From assembly GCA_000091205.1 (NCBI GenBank), contig AP006484.2: DNA of 64,000 nt; one strand, written 5' to 3'. Below are positions 11,608 through 23,469 of this stretch, piece by piece. Position numbers and translations under genes: made by a program. Origin of the DNA: Cyanidioschyzon merolae. Its lineage: Eukaryota. The stretch's first letter is position 1. The number at the start of each line of letters is the position of its first letter. The notes beneath the pieces are model-generated. The model was not told the DNA's origin. It searched no databases and saw nothing but the letters and a program-made list of their open reading frames with translations.

Positions 11608-13560
11608 TTAGCGATGACTACGCGTACCAAGGCTCATCTTGCCCGCAAAGAGGTGATGCGGTTTGCGCGTACCGATGAAACGATCAGACTCGCCTTGGCG
11701 GTGCTCTCGTCCGCTAAACGCGCGACGCAGCGTCCGCTGAACGAGTTTCTGGGCGTGGCGAGCCTGCACAACATCACGCAGACCAGCAGGAACCAGGGAC
11801 TGATCGCTTACAGCTCGAGTTCGATAGACAACTGGTGCAGAGTGAGCTGCTTTTCTGGTCTGCTGCTTGGTGGTGCTTGGGTCGACAGCGCGCCCCCATG
11901 GTCGCTTTGCAACCGCCTGCGACGTCTTGCGTACCTTGAGAAGCGCTTTGCGCGATAGCTTAGGTCGTTGGGTGCGGTCTCGGGCAGCTTGCTGCTGACG
12001 AAGCCGTCGCTGGTTGCGAGCTTTCTCCCGAATCAGCGCGACATCGGTGTCTGACGGTTGATCAACCGGGACGTCTGCACGCGGCTCGTCACCGACGGCG
12101 TCTGAAAGCATACTCTGACGCATCGTTTCCTCTTGCTCAAGGGCAAGCAGCCTCTGATGAATCTCCGGATCAACATAGTCCGCTATGTTCTTGCCGTCTA
12201 CGATCTCCGGAATGTAGTCATAGCGCCATGCTGGGTCTGTTAGGTCGTAGTGCTTGCGCCAGTCCATGCTGTAGACGCCTGCACCTCCGTGGTCGCGTTC
12301 CAGTTCACGCTCCGTCTTCCGGCCTGCTCGGCTTGTCGACAAGGTGCAGGCCAGTTCAGGTGCGGTGTTTTGGTTAAGTGCATCGTCCGCATCGCGCAGA
12401 GCCTGGCGGCGTTCGAGGACTGAAGCGGGAATCTGCGGTGTGCGAACGAGCTTCGGCTCCGCGACGTGCAGCCGGTTCAGTACAGAGTCCGTTTGTCTGC
12501 CGCTAACTTTGAGAGAGACACGCAGCGCTAAAAGTCGTTCACAAGCGCGATTACGAACCGCGAACACCGATGCATATCCGTCGTCGCCCATCGTGGATGC
12601 CGTCATCAGCTCTGCGCCCACTTGTTCGGCGGTTTCCCGTATCGCCGTCCACGTTGCCGGATCGAGTTGCTGTTCCCAGCCAAGATCCGTCTTATTGCAT
12701 ACCACGAAAAGAGGCTTGTCAGCGAACAGCGGTTGAAGGGAACGAAGCAAGGCCAGTTGCTGGGCTATGGCGTAGCCACAGGTCTCTGACGGGTCCACGA
12801 AGAACAGAATCGCCGCCTGGAGATGTGCCAGCGCTGTAATCGACTGCATCTCGATGGTGTTGCGCTCATCGAGGGCGTGATCCAAAAGACCAGGTGTGTC
12901 GATGACCTGCCAACGCAGGTACTGGTAATCCATATGACCGACAAACAGGGACTTTGTGGTGAACGCATACGGTTGGACGTCGACTTTGGCGTTGGTGACG
13001 CAGTTCAAGAACGATGACTTGCCAACGTTCGGATAGCCCGCAATCAGCAGCGTTCGCGTCATAGGGTCGATACTAGGTAAGCGCGCCATATGTTGGCGCA
13101 CTTGCTCCAGATACGCTAACGCTGGGCGAAGGTGTTTCACCGTTGTGCACATTCGACCCAGAGCGGCTCGTTTGAGGCACTTGGCACGGTAGAGAGAGTC
13201 TGCGTATTTGAGTTGGCGCACGTAGTCGCGTGCAAAGCTGTCCACAAGGCTGCGTATCCGACTTACTTGACCAAGGGCCAGTTTGTAGTGATCTCGGTCA
13301 TACAGCACATTCAAAATATCCGCATAAAAGGGATGTAGTTCCTCTAAAATCGGAAAGTCGCTGAGGATCTTTGTCAGGCGCTCATGAAAACATGACTGAG
13401 CATAGCGCACCTTGCGTATGTAGAACGTCCGAATCCGAGTGATCGCATACCCTGGGTGCACAACGGTGGGGGTTTTGCGCTGTGTCTGAGAGAGTACGAT
13501 ATCGATGAGGTCCAGTGCCTCCGGTACCACCTGGATGTGCTTTAGACCCCCTACAGTCAT
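11608..13560 (-). CDS. NOG1: Nucleolar GTP-binding protein 1 (NOG1)
   Basis: The ORF 11608-13719 contains MTVGGLKHIQVVPEALDLIDIVLSQTQRKTPTVVHPGY...HPFYADILNVLYDRDHYKLALGQV...LIAGYPNVGKSSFLNCVT...FTTKSLFVGHMDYQYLRWQVIDTPGLLD, which is a typical NOG1 N-domain and G-domain. Alignment to NOG1 places the true start at Met54 of the track ORF (ATG at 13560), giving about 650 aa. Confidence 0.9.
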   Translation of the reverse strand: MTVGGLKHIQVVPEALDLIDIVLSQTQRKTPTVVHPGYAITRIRTFYIRKVRYAQSCFHERLTKILSDFPILEELHPFYADILNVLYDRDHYKLALGQVSRIRSLVDSFARDYVRQLKYADSLYRAKCLKRAALGRMCTTVKHLRPALAYLEQVRQHMARLPSIDPMTRTLLIAGYPNVGKSSFLNCVTNAKVDVQPYAFTTKSLFVGHMDYQYLRWQVIDTPGLLDHALDERNTIEMQSITALAHLQAAILFFVDPSETCGYAIAQQLALLRSLQPLFADKPLFVVCNKTDLGWEQQLDPATWTAIRETAEQVGAELMTASTMGDDGYASVFAVRNRACERLLALRVSLKVSGRQTDSVLNRLHVAEPKLVRTPQIPASVLERRQALRDADDALNQNTAPELACTLSTSRAGRKTERELERDHGGAGVYSMDWRKHYDLTDPAWRYDYIPEIVDGKNIADYVDPEIHQRLLALEQEETMRQSMLSDAVGDEPRADVPVDQPSDTDVALIREKARNQRRLRQQQAARDRTQRPKLSRKALLKVRKTSQAVAKRPWGRAVDPSTTKQQTRKAAHSAPVVYRTRAVSDQSLVPAGLRDVVQARHAQKLVQRTLRRAFSGREHRQGESDRFIGTRKPHHLFAGKMSLGTRSHR

Positions 13561-13950
13561 GGTGTCGTCGTAAGCAAATACCAATTGGAAGCGAGCTCTT
13601 CGTGTGAAGTGAGGGCAATGGTACCCAGGGAGTACTGGCTGCTCTCGAACGCCGCGTAGTGTAGGTACGCTGTGAACGGGTACGATAGACGTGTCCCCTG
13701 GAGCCGCCTCGTTGTGCACTCACGAGGAAACAGGTGACCCGATCGCTTCGCTCGATATCGGTATTTGTATGCAGTGGAGGTCCCTTGTTCAAAAAATTCG
13801 ACACCACACCGTCCCTGGTGCACTGCTTTTGTCAGGTACGTTTCCTGAACTCGGCCGGCGACATCGGTATATCCGCAGCCGACGGAGAGTGCGCTGCGGA
13901 CGGCGGCGGCTGCTGCTGCTGCGGGCGGCGCGCCCCAGACGCGAAAGCGG

Positions 13951-15600
13951 GGCAGGTGCCTGGAGGCACTGATCCTCGACACGGGAACTCGAAGCGAAGC
14001 ACGGGGGAACTGTTTTCCGTATTGTGGAAAGATCACCTTGTAGGCAGGTGCCTGGAGGCACTGATCCTCGACACGGGAACTCGAAGCGAAGCACGGGGAA
14101 ACTGTTTTCCGTATTGTGGAAAGATCACCTTATAGGCAGGTGCCTGGAGGCACTGATCCTCGACACGGGAACTCGAAGCGAAGCACGGGGGACCTATTTT
14201 CCGTATTGTGGAAAGATCACCTTGTAGGCAGGTGCCTGGAGGCACTGATCCACTACAGGGGAACTCGAAGCGAAGCACGGGGAAACTGTTTTCCGTATTG
14301 TGGAAAGATCACCTTGTAGGCAGGTGCCTGGAGGCACTGATCCTCGACACGGGAACTCGAAGCGAAGCACGGGGAAACTGTTTTCCGTATTGTGGAAAGA
14401 TCACCTTGTAGGCAGACTGGAGGCAATGATCCTCGACACGGGAACTCGAAGCGAAGCACGGGGAAACTGTTTTCCGTATTGTGGAAAGATCACCTTATAG
14501 GCAGGTGCCTGGAGGCACTGATCCTCGACACGGGAACTCGAAGCGAAGCACGGGGAAACTGTTTTCCGTATTGTGGAAAGATCACCTTGTAGGCAGGTGC
14601 CTGGAGGCACTGATCCTCGACACGGGAACTCGAAGCGAAGCACGGGGGAACTGTTTTCCGTATTGTGGAAAGATCACCTTGTAGGCAGGTGCCTGGAGGC
14701 ACTGATCCTCGACACGGGAACTCGAAGCGAAGCACGGGGAAACTGTTTTCCGTATTGTGGAAAGATCACCTTATAGGCAGGTGCCTGGAGGCACTGATCC
14801 TCGACACGGGAACTCGAAGCGAAGCACGGGGGACCTATTTTCCGTATTGTGGAAAGATCACCTTGTAGGCAGGTGCCTGGAGGCACTGATCCACTACAGG
14901 GGAACTCGAAGCGAAGCACGGGGAAACTGTTTTCCGTATTGTGGAAAGATCACCTTGTAGGCAGGTGCCTGGAGGCACTGATCCTCGACACGGGAACTCG
15001 AAGCGAAGCACGGGGGAACTGTTTTCCGTATTGTGGAAAGATCACCTTGTAGGCAGGTGCCTGGAGGCACTGATCCTCGACACGGGAACTCGAAGCGAAG
15101 CACGGGGAAACTGTTTTCCGTATTGTGGAAAGATCACCTTGTAGGCAGGTGCCTGGAGGCACTGATCCTCGACACGGGAACTCGAAGCGAAGCACGGGGA
15201 AACTGTTTTCCGTATTGTGGAAAGATCACCTTATAGGCAGGTGCCTGGAGGCACTGATCCTCGACAGGGGAACTCGAAGCGAAGCACGGGGGAACTGTTT
15301 TCCGTATTGTGGAAAGATCACCTTATAGGCAGGTGCCTGGAGGCACTGATCCTCGACACGGGAACTCGAAGCGAAGCACGAACGTGCAACAAGGTCGTTC
15401 TATCCTTATGGTAAGCGTTGCACGGGGGAACTGTTTTCCGTATTGTGGAAAGATCACCTTGTAGGCAGACTGGAGGCAATGATCCTCGACACGGGAACTC
15501 GAAGCGAGGCACGAACTTACAACAATTTTGTTTCCATCCTTATGGTAAGCGAAGCACAGGGAACTATTTTCCGTATTGTGGAAAGATCACCTGGTAGGCA
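13951..15600. repeat. Tandem satellite array of about 18 monomers of 92 bp. One 89-bp variant occurs; the distal monomers are irregular and carry about 45-bp insertions.
   Basis: Monomer: ggcaggtgcctggaggcactgatcctcgacacgggaactcgaagcgaagcacggggaaactgttttccgtattgtggaaagatcaccttgta. The phase is visible as the repeated 66-67 aa ORFs in the track at 14024, 14116, ..., 15217 (spacing 92, 92, 92, 92, 89, 92, ...). Monomers at 14024, 14116 and 14208 are identical to those at 14665, 14757 and 14849, which gives a 641-bp higher-order period. The array begins about 390 bp upstream of the NOG1 start codon. Confidence 0.95.
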
Positions 15601-16160
15601 GAAGGTTTCGTGAGCTAGACGAGTCTGCTAGGCTGGTGCTTCACTCTCTAGACAGTGGCAGGTGCTGTGGCGAGCTCTGAGCAGCTCGTCTGCAACGCAA
15701 TTCATTCTGGGACTAGGTGCAGTTAGGCTGAGTCTGGGCTTCGCACTGGTCGTGGTTGACTCCTAGCTTATCGATTCGTGCTGTCGCAGGCAGTCGGTCT
15801 GCCTGTACACTTTACATGCTCCCAGAATAGCTATGTACTCCGACTCCTTGTCGAATGGAGCAGGCATCGAGCCGAAACCCCGCCCCCCCACCAGTGGTGT
15901 GGCAAAGCCGTTCTGGCCCCGTGCTACGTACGCACTACCAGCACAGGCGCTACTGCGGGTGCTCATGGCAAGTACTCGGCGCACGATAGACCGTACGAAA
16001 CAACCAGTATATTCGAGAGGAACTAGGGGTCATGGAACCTGGAGGCCGGATGCTGCATGACGAACTTTTTTTCGAATGCTAATATCCATCCCACAGCCTA
16101 GGAACCATGGCCAATGTAAATGCTTTTTTCAGAGAGAAACACGCGCCCAATGGAGCGATC
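15560..16160. repeat. Dispersed repeat family A, copy 1, about 600 bp, directly following the satellite array
   Basis: Homologous over its whole length to 25801-26410. Examples: cgtctgcaacgcaattcattctgggactagg versus cgtctgcaacccagtttattctgggaatagg; tggcaaagccgttctggccccgtgc versus tagcaaagccgttctgtctccgtgc; aaccagtatattcgagagg versus aaccagtatatccgagcgg; atccatcccacagcctaggaaccatggccaatg versus atccatcccgctacgctggatccatggtccatgg. Confidence 0.85.
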
Positions 16161-18898
16161 ATTACGTTTCAAAATAGAAAACAATTCTTTCATGGGATTC
16201 AACCACGGAGCGCACGGAGGAATAAAAAGCAGCTCTGCCCTTGATAGATTCGGCAAAAGCTCGAACGCGAGTCGAATGGTGAAATACCACGTTGTCCTAT
16301 AGAGGGATGTCGCCAGACGCCAGCGGAAAAGTCTTCAATGATTCGGCAAAGTCGTTGGTGCCATCGTATGAATCCTCTGTACCAGCGAAACCGCGGCCGG
16401 CAAATGAATCCACTACCGCTAGGACAGATGATGTCGTCAGAGTTCTCTTCGAGATCCATCGCGCACACAACGGGCTTCCTGCTCTGCGAGTAGTCACATG
16501 CGCTCCAAAGGTTTCACTTAACGGAGTTCTCATCGACTGAAAAAACCACCCCAAGTCCCAGTGCTTCATACCGATCGCTGAGTTCCAGGAATTCTGTTGT
16601 TGCGATTTCAGTGGAAGATGACTGTGCATAAACTAGGACTTGTTTCTGCGACTTTATGCCAGTGTTTCAGGATCACACGAATAAGACGTTGAGAAGTATA
16701 GACGCACATGACGAATGATATCTTTGCTTTTGCTTTCCGTTAAGTGATCAAAGATTCGCCTTTGACGATGGACCGCAAGCACGCCTTGAGACGATCGGGT
16801 TTTCGCGCGGGGCATATAGTCGTGTTTCTTTCAGGGTTCCGCAGCCATCAGAGTATTGTGTTATGACTGACCTGATTCAGAAATGCAGTCCTTGTTGCGC
16901 TCTTCAGTAAAGCATATATCCTGCAGGCAATTCGACTACGATCTGTCCGGCACGTTGCATCGTGCTTTCGATCAGCTGCTATACCCCGCAGCGGAGGTTG
17001 CACCAACATTGAGTTGAGAGCCCATAAGCGAGCGCTGCGATACCTGGTGATTCATTGATGTGCGTCGGTGTAATTTTTTATCAAAAAGTGTGTGCCATAA
17101 AACCAGGTCATCTATGGGTGTGCGGGCATAGCTTCTGGCCTATCGCAACGCGCCGCTAGTCTTGGTGATGCACTGTTATGTGTTGCGATGTCCTTTCATT
17201 AGTCAGCATGCTTCGTGGAAACCAGGATGGCTGTGAAGAACTTCACCGTGTGCACGCCCTGATGTCTGGTATGTAGTGTAGCGGGTCGTTTGGCGCAGCC
17301 ACGTATGCACACGGAAACATCAGAACGCAGCTCCATACGATTACAGCTCCCGCTTTTTAGAATCAGCGTCGTGTCTGGCGATGCTGCACAGCGCTATGTG
17401 CACAAGGCGGGGCAGTCGCACAGTAACATCGAAAGGTTTGCCTTGTGCCTTGAAGGACTCCGCACGTTGTGTTGCGCTGTTGTAATGCGCGAGACTGGGG
17501 TCCGCGTGCGTCTGTTCTCGACGGATTCAAGGCAGCGCGCAAGCATGAGCGCAAGGCGTCTTCCGCGTCTTCCGCGTGCTTCTGGGAGACTGCGCGCGCT
17601 AGCCTGTTCGTATGGACGAGGCGGATCGTAGACCAAGCCGAACAGCAATGGCAGGTTTTTTCAGAGCTCTCCCGTACTCGGAATCGTGCGCCCTTCGCGT
17701 CTCAGAGGCGTATCTGGTCGATACGCAGCGCCTGCTAAACGGTATAAAACTCGGGTTCGAATCCGTCCATGATTATCGGATGCAGCGCACGCTGCACATC
17801 AGTGGCGTTTCGCGGAGCCCCAGAAGAGCGCCTAGCTGCGTTGCGCCGGGCGAACGATGCTAGATGTTTGCCGCCCAGCGCGTTATTGCCTAATCTGGGC
17901 ATCGTTGACCGCAAAAGGGTCATTCACCGGGGATACTTGCTACCTCGTGATATCTGTGATGACTTTTAGCAGATGCCCAGCGGAGCCAACATCTCGATAT
18001 AGCGATCTGGGCATTACAAATCACAAAAGCCTAAAGTTCGACATGCAGCAGACAACCCCCCGGGTCGATTAAGATAGCGAGCTCTCATACGAACGGGTTG
18101 TACGGCTGGATCAACTCGGGTTTCTCCAGATGAGCAAAACAGACTAGAGCGAAATGGCATGGGATCTGAGAGACATCCACTTGCATTCAAAGAGGGCACT
18201 TGTCTCGCATGATGGGCCGAGCCCTCGAATCATGCTTCCAAACCAAAAACGATATCTACTGAACGGCATCCAAATTTCGCAAGAGAGCTCGTTTCGCTAC
18301 GAAAAGTAGAGCAAAACACCTCTGTGGTCGGTGAAAAACGCCACCAGCTCGATATGGCTGTAAACTGATGCAATCCATGGCCTGCTGGAGAGACACCGCC
18401 CCGCTTCAATTCATCTGCCCGATACTGACTCGGAACGAGTGTTACGGAAGAAAATTCGATTGAGCCGAAGAAGCAACACCTCAAACAATCGCCAAAGAAG
18501 CTCCAGTGCGATCATTGGCGATGGAACAATGAAGATAAGAACATGACTGAGGCTCGCTAGTATCCTGTACCAACTTACACCACTTTTCTGGTGCAAAGAG
18601 ATCGATGCATCATGCTTGAGACGCAGCTACTGCTACCTACCATAGCTGCTGCCGCAGCGAGCACTGCACCCTCTTATGGGACCGCACCTAGTTCGACTCG
18701 AGCGCGATTCACTGAGCTACAGTGCCACTCGCATAGAGTCACCCACAGGTATTATCAAGTCTCTGCGCGTTCCGTTGATTAACTCGAAAACAACGCCACC
18801 TCAGCGGTCCCATTCACCAGGCTCCACTCGCAGCGGTTTATCCGAGTGTCGGCGCCAGCTCGCTGTACGCTGAAAGATCCTCGACGCGCACATACCGC

Positions 18899-19153
18899 CT
18901 ACGACCGTTGCTGTCGCTCTATCATAGCCTTGCTAACAACTCCCATGGACTCAATGTACCTATCGACACACTTGGCTAAACAGGTCTGCTCCCCGGAGGT
19001 CAGCGTAGCGCTTGGTTTGGTCACGCACTTCTCAAAGCACTTTTCCGTCACTCGTTGTACGAGATCCTGAAACGCCTGCCGCAGCATCTCATTTCGAACA
19101 CGATCTTCAAGCTCCGCCCGCTGTGATGGCGTCAGTTGATCTATTTTATCCAT
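18899..19153 (-). CDS. Small Tim protein of the mitochondrial intermembrane space (Tim8/Tim13 family)
   Basis: The 84-aa ORF carries the twin Cx3C motif: ...VTEKCFEKCVTKPSATLTSGEQTCLAKCVDRYIESMG. The segment CFEKC-x15-CLAKC followed by DRY matches the Tim13 signature KCFEKCI-KPG--L---E--C---C-DRY. Confidence 0.7.
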   Translation of the reverse strand: MDKIDQLTPSQRAELEDRVRNEMLRQAFQDLVQRVTEKCFEKCVTKPSATLTSGEQTCLAKCVDRYIESMGVVSKAMIERQQRS

Positions 19154-22100
19154 AGGTAACGGTGGTAAACGTCCAGTGAAGCCGGAATGCGGCGGTTACC
19201 TCGTTGTGTGCAACTGCAGGCACCCAAGGCGACGTAAAGCTATTGAAGTGCATCGGCGGCGCCTGTGGTGCCGGCGCCCGGTGCGACGGCACCATGGATG
19301 CGCTGTCGGAGGTTTGTATGCTCGGGGTCACGGGGGATGCCCTGCTCTTTTCTCCAAAAGTATTGTGGATCGAGTAAAATGCCGGTGACTGGCCCGCAGC
19401 ACGTATGCAGCGCTTATACGGCTGCCAGGATAGAACTGCAACGAGTTCACTGACTCAACGAGGGCGAACACGCGCAAGTTTGCGTTATTTCATATCGTCA
19501 ACTGCACCAGAACTTGGGGGTTGGTTTTTCGGTCTCCTGTGTCGCGTCTCCAACTTTAAATACGCTGGTCTCTCGTTTCGCTCCGATTTCGTGAGCATCA
19601 GTCAGAGGATCGTGATAACAGGGCCAAATTCTCGTTCATAGGATTTCCGGTTGGCATAGACACGTGATAGGCGCAGGCGAAAGTTTCGATCGAATCTTCA
19701 TTGGCCATGCTCACCTATTTGTTTGCGGCATCGGCGTACGCTTTGCAGCGATCACACCCGACTATGGTCAGATGCTGCCTTGTCTCCAGCGTGCTTCCTC
19801 GTACGAGTACTGCCCTCCGGCGCTTGAACTGTTGCTGCATCGCTCTGTACACGCACTAGACGAGTACAGAAGACTCCCCGTCGATGCCCTCGACCGTTTT
19901 CGCGTCTGGTGCCGTACCCGAAGATCACGAGCTTCGTCAGTGGCGATGCCCCCGACGAGTACTCTGTATGCGTCATATGCGAGTGCGCACTGTTCCATGC
20001 CATTGAAGATTTGTGGATTGCGGTGTTCGCCATGGTGGTAGGGATTTGGAAGGAAAATGCAGGTTGGAGAACTTGCCGAGAACTATCGATCCGGTGGCGT
20101 TCTCTTCATGGAAACCTGTGAAGCTTTCCCCATTGGAAGCCGTCTCCGCTATGTGTAGAGTACGAATCCATGAACACTTTTCATGCAAACAGAAGACAGG
20201 GTAGCCTCTCTGGGAGCATATCCCCTGAATTGTATCGTGCTGCGGTTGAATCCGCCGATTCATCGACGGGCACACAGAGAGAAGCACCTGTCTTTCGACC
20301 CGCGTCGAGTATTTGACATGCGCTTGGGAAGAAGTCGTCAAGGAAGGTCGTCGAGATTCTCTCCTCATCGAAGCAGGGACGCGCATAGCTGTGCTCCTCG
20401 GTTACCTTGAAACAGAAAGATCGAGTTCTAGGAAACTGTATGAATTGAGCACGCGATATTTACGGAACGGAGAAGAGTCAAGGCTTGTTGTTCTGCATTG
20501 CGTTAAAATATCGGTTATTATAAGAGCCCTTGTACGAATCTGTCGCATGTCACTGTGATGATGGTGAGGTGACGAATTCTACTGGGACTTTGTCGAAGGG
20601 GCCGTCCCGGAGAAAACAACCGCCGAGAATCGTAAACCAAGGTATGCATCCAAGAACGCCAATTCCCGCACTTCGAAATTAGAGGCGCAATATCAACACA
20701 AGTTCGCAGAGAAAATCGACAGATAGAAACAGAACGAGCAGTTCAGTTCGCGATGGTAGTTCGACACCATTGTGGAGCGCAGCAGCGTATCGCGCTCGTT
20801 CGACTGTACCTGGACGAGTTCGGATAATGTGCAGTCGGGCACACGAACCAGCCCGGGCAGAACTTGGTCCAGGCTCACCTGGGATGCTGGAGTGTCCTGA
20901 GGCGCAACTGGGTATGCCCGTTTGCCGAAACGATTCATTGTCGTTCGTTGGCACTCGTTTAGAGAGACACCCAGCTGCTAGACATGTGTGCACCATGCGT
21001 CCTTGGTGCGTGCGAGCGACGAATATCCCAATGTCGTCGGATCCCGTGGATGACAACCACGCAGCATCGACTCGTTACTCGTTCGACGCACTAGTTGATG
21101 CCGCGGGCGTGCCGCCATCGCGTGCTATAGCGCGTCCTGCGCCAAAGGCGAATACCGCACCACGTGACTTGTCGGTCATGTTCTTTGCCACTTCATTGAT
21201 GAAGCCCGCAAATCTATGCATCTTGCCTCCATGCAACCGATACCGTTGGCGGCCCCAGCGAGGTCTCTCGGAACGCTGTCGAAAATCGTTCGCACGAGCC
21301 ATGTGGACGCTTCTGCTCTGTCCAGTGCTGGGCGCTACGGAATCGATGTTGGCACTGTCACGCCATTTGTTGGTATATACGCTGGCGTCCATAATGCTCG
21401 ACTACCCATAAACGCGAACAATGGAGAAATCAAGCCATATTACATATTCTGTCTGAGCATCAATTACCCTGTCATATGAAGGTTCTATCGAAAATTTCGA
21501 GAGGCATCTGCTCAGCTGGTAGCCCTGCGTCCGGATCGGCTACAGCAAGTCGTTTGACGAGGTGCATCGGGGCGAGAGCGGTGCCTCGCGAGACTTTGTC
21601 GCGTAAGGAGCTATGCGATATCTGTTGGCGTCCTGAATCTATCGATTAGCCGGAGACGAACTTGTTGGCTAGTGATCTATGCGCGTAAAAACCGCGTTTG
21701 CCGATAGTGACAATGCCGTACACTGGATAGAAGCTGGGAGCATGGGCTGGTACGAAGACCAGGTCCAGCCAAATTCCAGCTGTATGCTCCCTGTTTCTTG
21801 TTCAGTCATGGAACGCGACATTGCTAACGAGCAGGACAGACGAATTTGGTAAGGAGGAGCTTGGCAGAGAGACTCGATGAACGACGCGTCGTCGAGCAAT
21901 CCTAACCGTTCGGCGATTTGGGGCCGGCCTCACGCTTGACTCCCCGCTGGGCCTGAAGCCGTTGTCGCACGTGCTTGACTCCTCTTTACGGCCGGAGGTC
22001 TGCCCCTACTTCATCAACGATGCACAGACCTGCCAGTCTTCCCGAATCAAGACTCATCGAATGAGACGAACACCATCCAAACCTGTACTGACAAAAATTC

Positions 22101-22734
22101 GCTTCTCAGTACGAAATCAATCGTGTCTTGTGCAACGCATGGCGCTCTCCCATACAGGCGTGCTTTGCCTCAACGTCCGCCCGTGTCCCTTCGTCACCGT
22201 TCGTATCGAGGGCATAGAGACGTCTCATTCGACGGCATCGTGAACATTGTCTCTTACACATCATATTCAGTAGAATACCTTTCGAAGGAGATCGTCGTCC
22301 ATTTCGTCAGAGTTTGACCGGTTCTCCTCTAGGATGCGTGACGTTCAGAGCCAGCGTCGACGACGAGCAGCGTCATTCGACGTTGCTATGCCCGTTGAAA
22401 TACTGACAAGTAACGCCATTCTATATATGACAGCGATGACACCTTAGAGCCTTTCCAGGACCTCTGTCCAGACATCATCGCCACCACCATCATCAGATAT
22501 TCTATTCATAGAATACCTAGAAGAAAAAAAAACAGCGTGCTCCCGCAGGTATTCCAGCATGGACCGCTCCCGCACTGTAACGGACTCGCGGAGGGCGGCA
22601 GCGCGCGCACTTTGCGCGCCCCCGATGTGCTGTCCGTTTCGCCGCATCCGCCGGTGCCAGGCGCAGAGAAAAACGTTTCGCCTAGCGGAACTCGTACGTA
22701 GAAGCAGCGGAAGCGCGGCCCAGCGGCGAGCGTC

Positions 22735-23469
22735 ATGCTGCATAACGATAATAGTTTCAAGGCGAACAACAACAACAACAACAACAACGAAGCAGGATCG
22801 TCTCGTGGTGGTGTTTACTGGCACGAGGGAAGCGTCTCGCGAGGTGAACGGGCGTCTCTGCTCGGTCAGACAGGCTGCACGGTGTGGCTCAGCGGGCTCT
22901 CCGGGGCGGGCAAGTCGACGATCGCTTGCGCTTTGGAACAAGCGCTTCTGCATCGTGGATACTTCGCCTACCGTCTAGATGGCGACAACGTGCGTCACGG
23001 GCTGAATAAAGATCTCGGTTTTAGTGCCGACGACCGGGCAGAGAACATTCGCCGCACTGGCGAAGTCGCCCGTTTGTTTGCCGACGCGGGCTGTATCTGC
23101 GTTACGGCCTTTATTTCACCGTATGCTGCCGATCGACGTGGCGCTCGAGCGCTGCACGAGGCCAGTAGTCTCCCTTTTGTTGAGGTTTACGTGCGCTGTC
23201 CATTGGCCGTTGCGGAGCAGCGCGACCCAAAGGGTCTCTACAAAAAGGCGCGTGCCGGTCTGATTCACGGGTTCACTGGCATTGACGACCCGTACGAGGA
23301 GCCCGATAGACCAGATGTTATCCTGGATACGGATAAGCTCTCAGTTGGTGAGTGTGTTGAGCGCCTGCTATGCACGCTGCGCGACCTGGGTGTCATCGAG
23401 ACGCCAACGACTCGGGTGTGCGCGACGTGCGTGAATGCGCGCAAAGAGCGTCTCCAGCATATGAACTGA
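22735..23469 (+). CDS. Adenylyl-sulfate (APS) kinase, stand-alone (not fused to ATP sulfurylase), with a poly-N N-terminal tract
   Basis: [23 protein letters not shown]...[52 protein letters not shown]. This contains the P-loop, the DGDN motif and the conserved APS-kinase core. Confidence 0.85.
   Translation: MLHNDNSFKANNNNNNNNEAGSSRGGVYWHEGSVSRGERASLLGQTGCTVWLSGLSGAGKSTIACALEQALLHRGYFAYRLDGDNVRHGLNKDLGFSADDRAENIRRTGEVARLFADAGCICVTAFISPYAADRRGARALHEASSLPFVEVYVRCPLAVAEQRDPKGLYKKARAGLIHGFTGIDDPYEEPDRPDVILDTDKLSVGECVERLLCTLRDLGVIETPTTRVCATCVNARKERLQHMN

Noticed and set aside
14024-15414. A ladder of 66-67 aa ORFs on both strands (MERSPCRQVPGGTDPRHG..., MLRFEFPCRGSVPPG...) every 92 bp
   Set aside because: They are reading-frame echoes of the 92-bp satellite monomer, which happens to lack stops in two frames. 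The 92-bp period is not a multiple of 3, so successive 'proteins' are phase-shifted copies. They are not genes.
13951-15600. Possible CRISPR array
   Set aside because: The monomers are contiguous 92-bp units with no unique spacers between them, and the context is eukaryotic. This is a satellite, not a CRISPR locus.
17741-17775. tRNA-like T-arm (gggttcgaatcc)
   Set aside because: The flanking bases cannot form the 5-bp T-stem (tcggg versus ccgtc), and no acceptor, D or anticodon arms can be drawn. Not a tRNA.
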